DNA of 51,696 nucleotides, from NCBI GenBank assembly GCA_001179505.1, contig CDMY01000561.1:1-51696 (forward strand), read 5' to 3'. How positions within the stretch are numbered: position 1 is the stretch's first letter; each line of letters opens with the position of its first letter. Below, in pieces: positions 48,389-51,696 of the stretch. This stretch comes from Vitrella brassicaformis CCMP3155. Taxonomy: Eukaryota > Protista > Chromerida. Under the pieces are notes generated by a model. The model searched no databases. It saw nothing but the letters and a program-made list of their open reading frames with translations, and was not told where the DNA came from. The translations under genes were made by a program, and so were the position numbers.

Positions 48389-48893
48389 TGCCGGCACCTA
48401 TGCATATCACCCATCATTCCCACCAGCTGCCGGGACACCTCACTCAAGCGATCGGAGAACTACAAGCTCGCAGGAAGGGGAATGGGAACTCATGAATCCA
48501 CACAAAGGAGAAGTAGATCCAGTGCAATGCAAGCGAGGGCAGCTTCTTCGGCAGATCGTCAAAGGCCAGCACCCGAGGCGAGCCTCCCCCACTGGGTGCA
48601 TATATACACATCCATGCAATGCCCAGCAAACAGCACAACTGCAGCAGCAACAAAGAGCAAACAGCTGCCTGCGAGGCAAAAGGAAAAAGATGGGGCCTCG
48701 CGGCGCTCCCGCCCGCCAATTGACAGATCCTTTCCAGGAATCGTTCTGTTTGGCATGGCGTCTCCGACATGCGCCAGCTTGGCTCATGTCTTGGATGCTG
48801 CGGGTTGTGCAGCGTTGGAGGCTGCGTCACGCGAGTCCTCACGCACCGCACGGCGAGCGGCCACGCGACGCTGACTCGTCGCTCCTGCACACA

Positions 48894-51415
<2,522 letters not shown>

Positions 51416-51472
51416 CGTCCCGGCCTGCACCTCCAATGTCTTCAGCGATTGTGTTGGTCAGCCCGGGGAGTT

Positions 51473-51499
51473 CAGGGTTTAGTAGGGTTCAAGGGTTTT
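51473..51499. promoter_or_regulatory. Telomere-like GGGTTTA/GGGTTCA cluster upstream of the TTLL gene
   Basis: cagggtttagtagggttcaagggtttt, about 60-85 bp 5' of the putative TTLL ATG. A regulatory role is inference. Confidence 0.3.
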
Positions 51500-51696
51500 G
51501 CCGCTCAGCTCATCCAATCGTCCCCACGTCAAATCTGTAAGAATAGGTGGGAGAGAGTCGGGGAGAATGGTGAAGAGAGGATCTGCCGGGCGGTCAGTCC
51601 CGGATAAAGGATTAAGTCAATGCAACGTAAGGTCTGTGGATTTTGTGGAGAGTCCACGTAGGACATGTAGTATGCGTCAGTCCATCCTGTCTGACG

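Overview
Intron-rich, GC-rich eukaryotic DNA with short GT-AG introns full of (TG)n/(TCTG)n/(GATG)n repeats. Flagellar genes, secondary-plastid-type leaders, a PAN/Apple domain and a TLDc protein suggest a chromerid alveolate such as Vitrella (inference). I reconstructed about 19 spliced genes by hand. In order: 3' part of a type I PKS (DH*-ER-KR-ACP-SAM-like-thioester reductase-sulfotransferase-like), cysteine synthase-like, SmE, Prp18, Gig2-like ADP-ribosyltransferase, hypothetical, secreted arylsulfotransferase-PAN/Apple fusion, Gly-rich microprotein, TLDc protein, GcvT, hypothetical, syntaxin-6, DNAAF1, BTB protein, [FeFe]-hydrogenase fused to a CysJ/CPR-type FAD/NADPH module, hypothetical, plastid M41-like pseudo-peptidase, an S1FA-like microprotein absent from the ORF track, a membrane-anchored esterase, and TTLL9. 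The best leads are the probably NADPH-linked hydrogenase fusion and the PKS ending in reductase plus sulfotransferase-like domains, with an arylsulfotransferase and a cysteine synthase within 21 kb. No RNA genes, CRISPR arrays or mobile elements were recognised. All family calls come from motif recognition by eye, and exon boundaries are manual.
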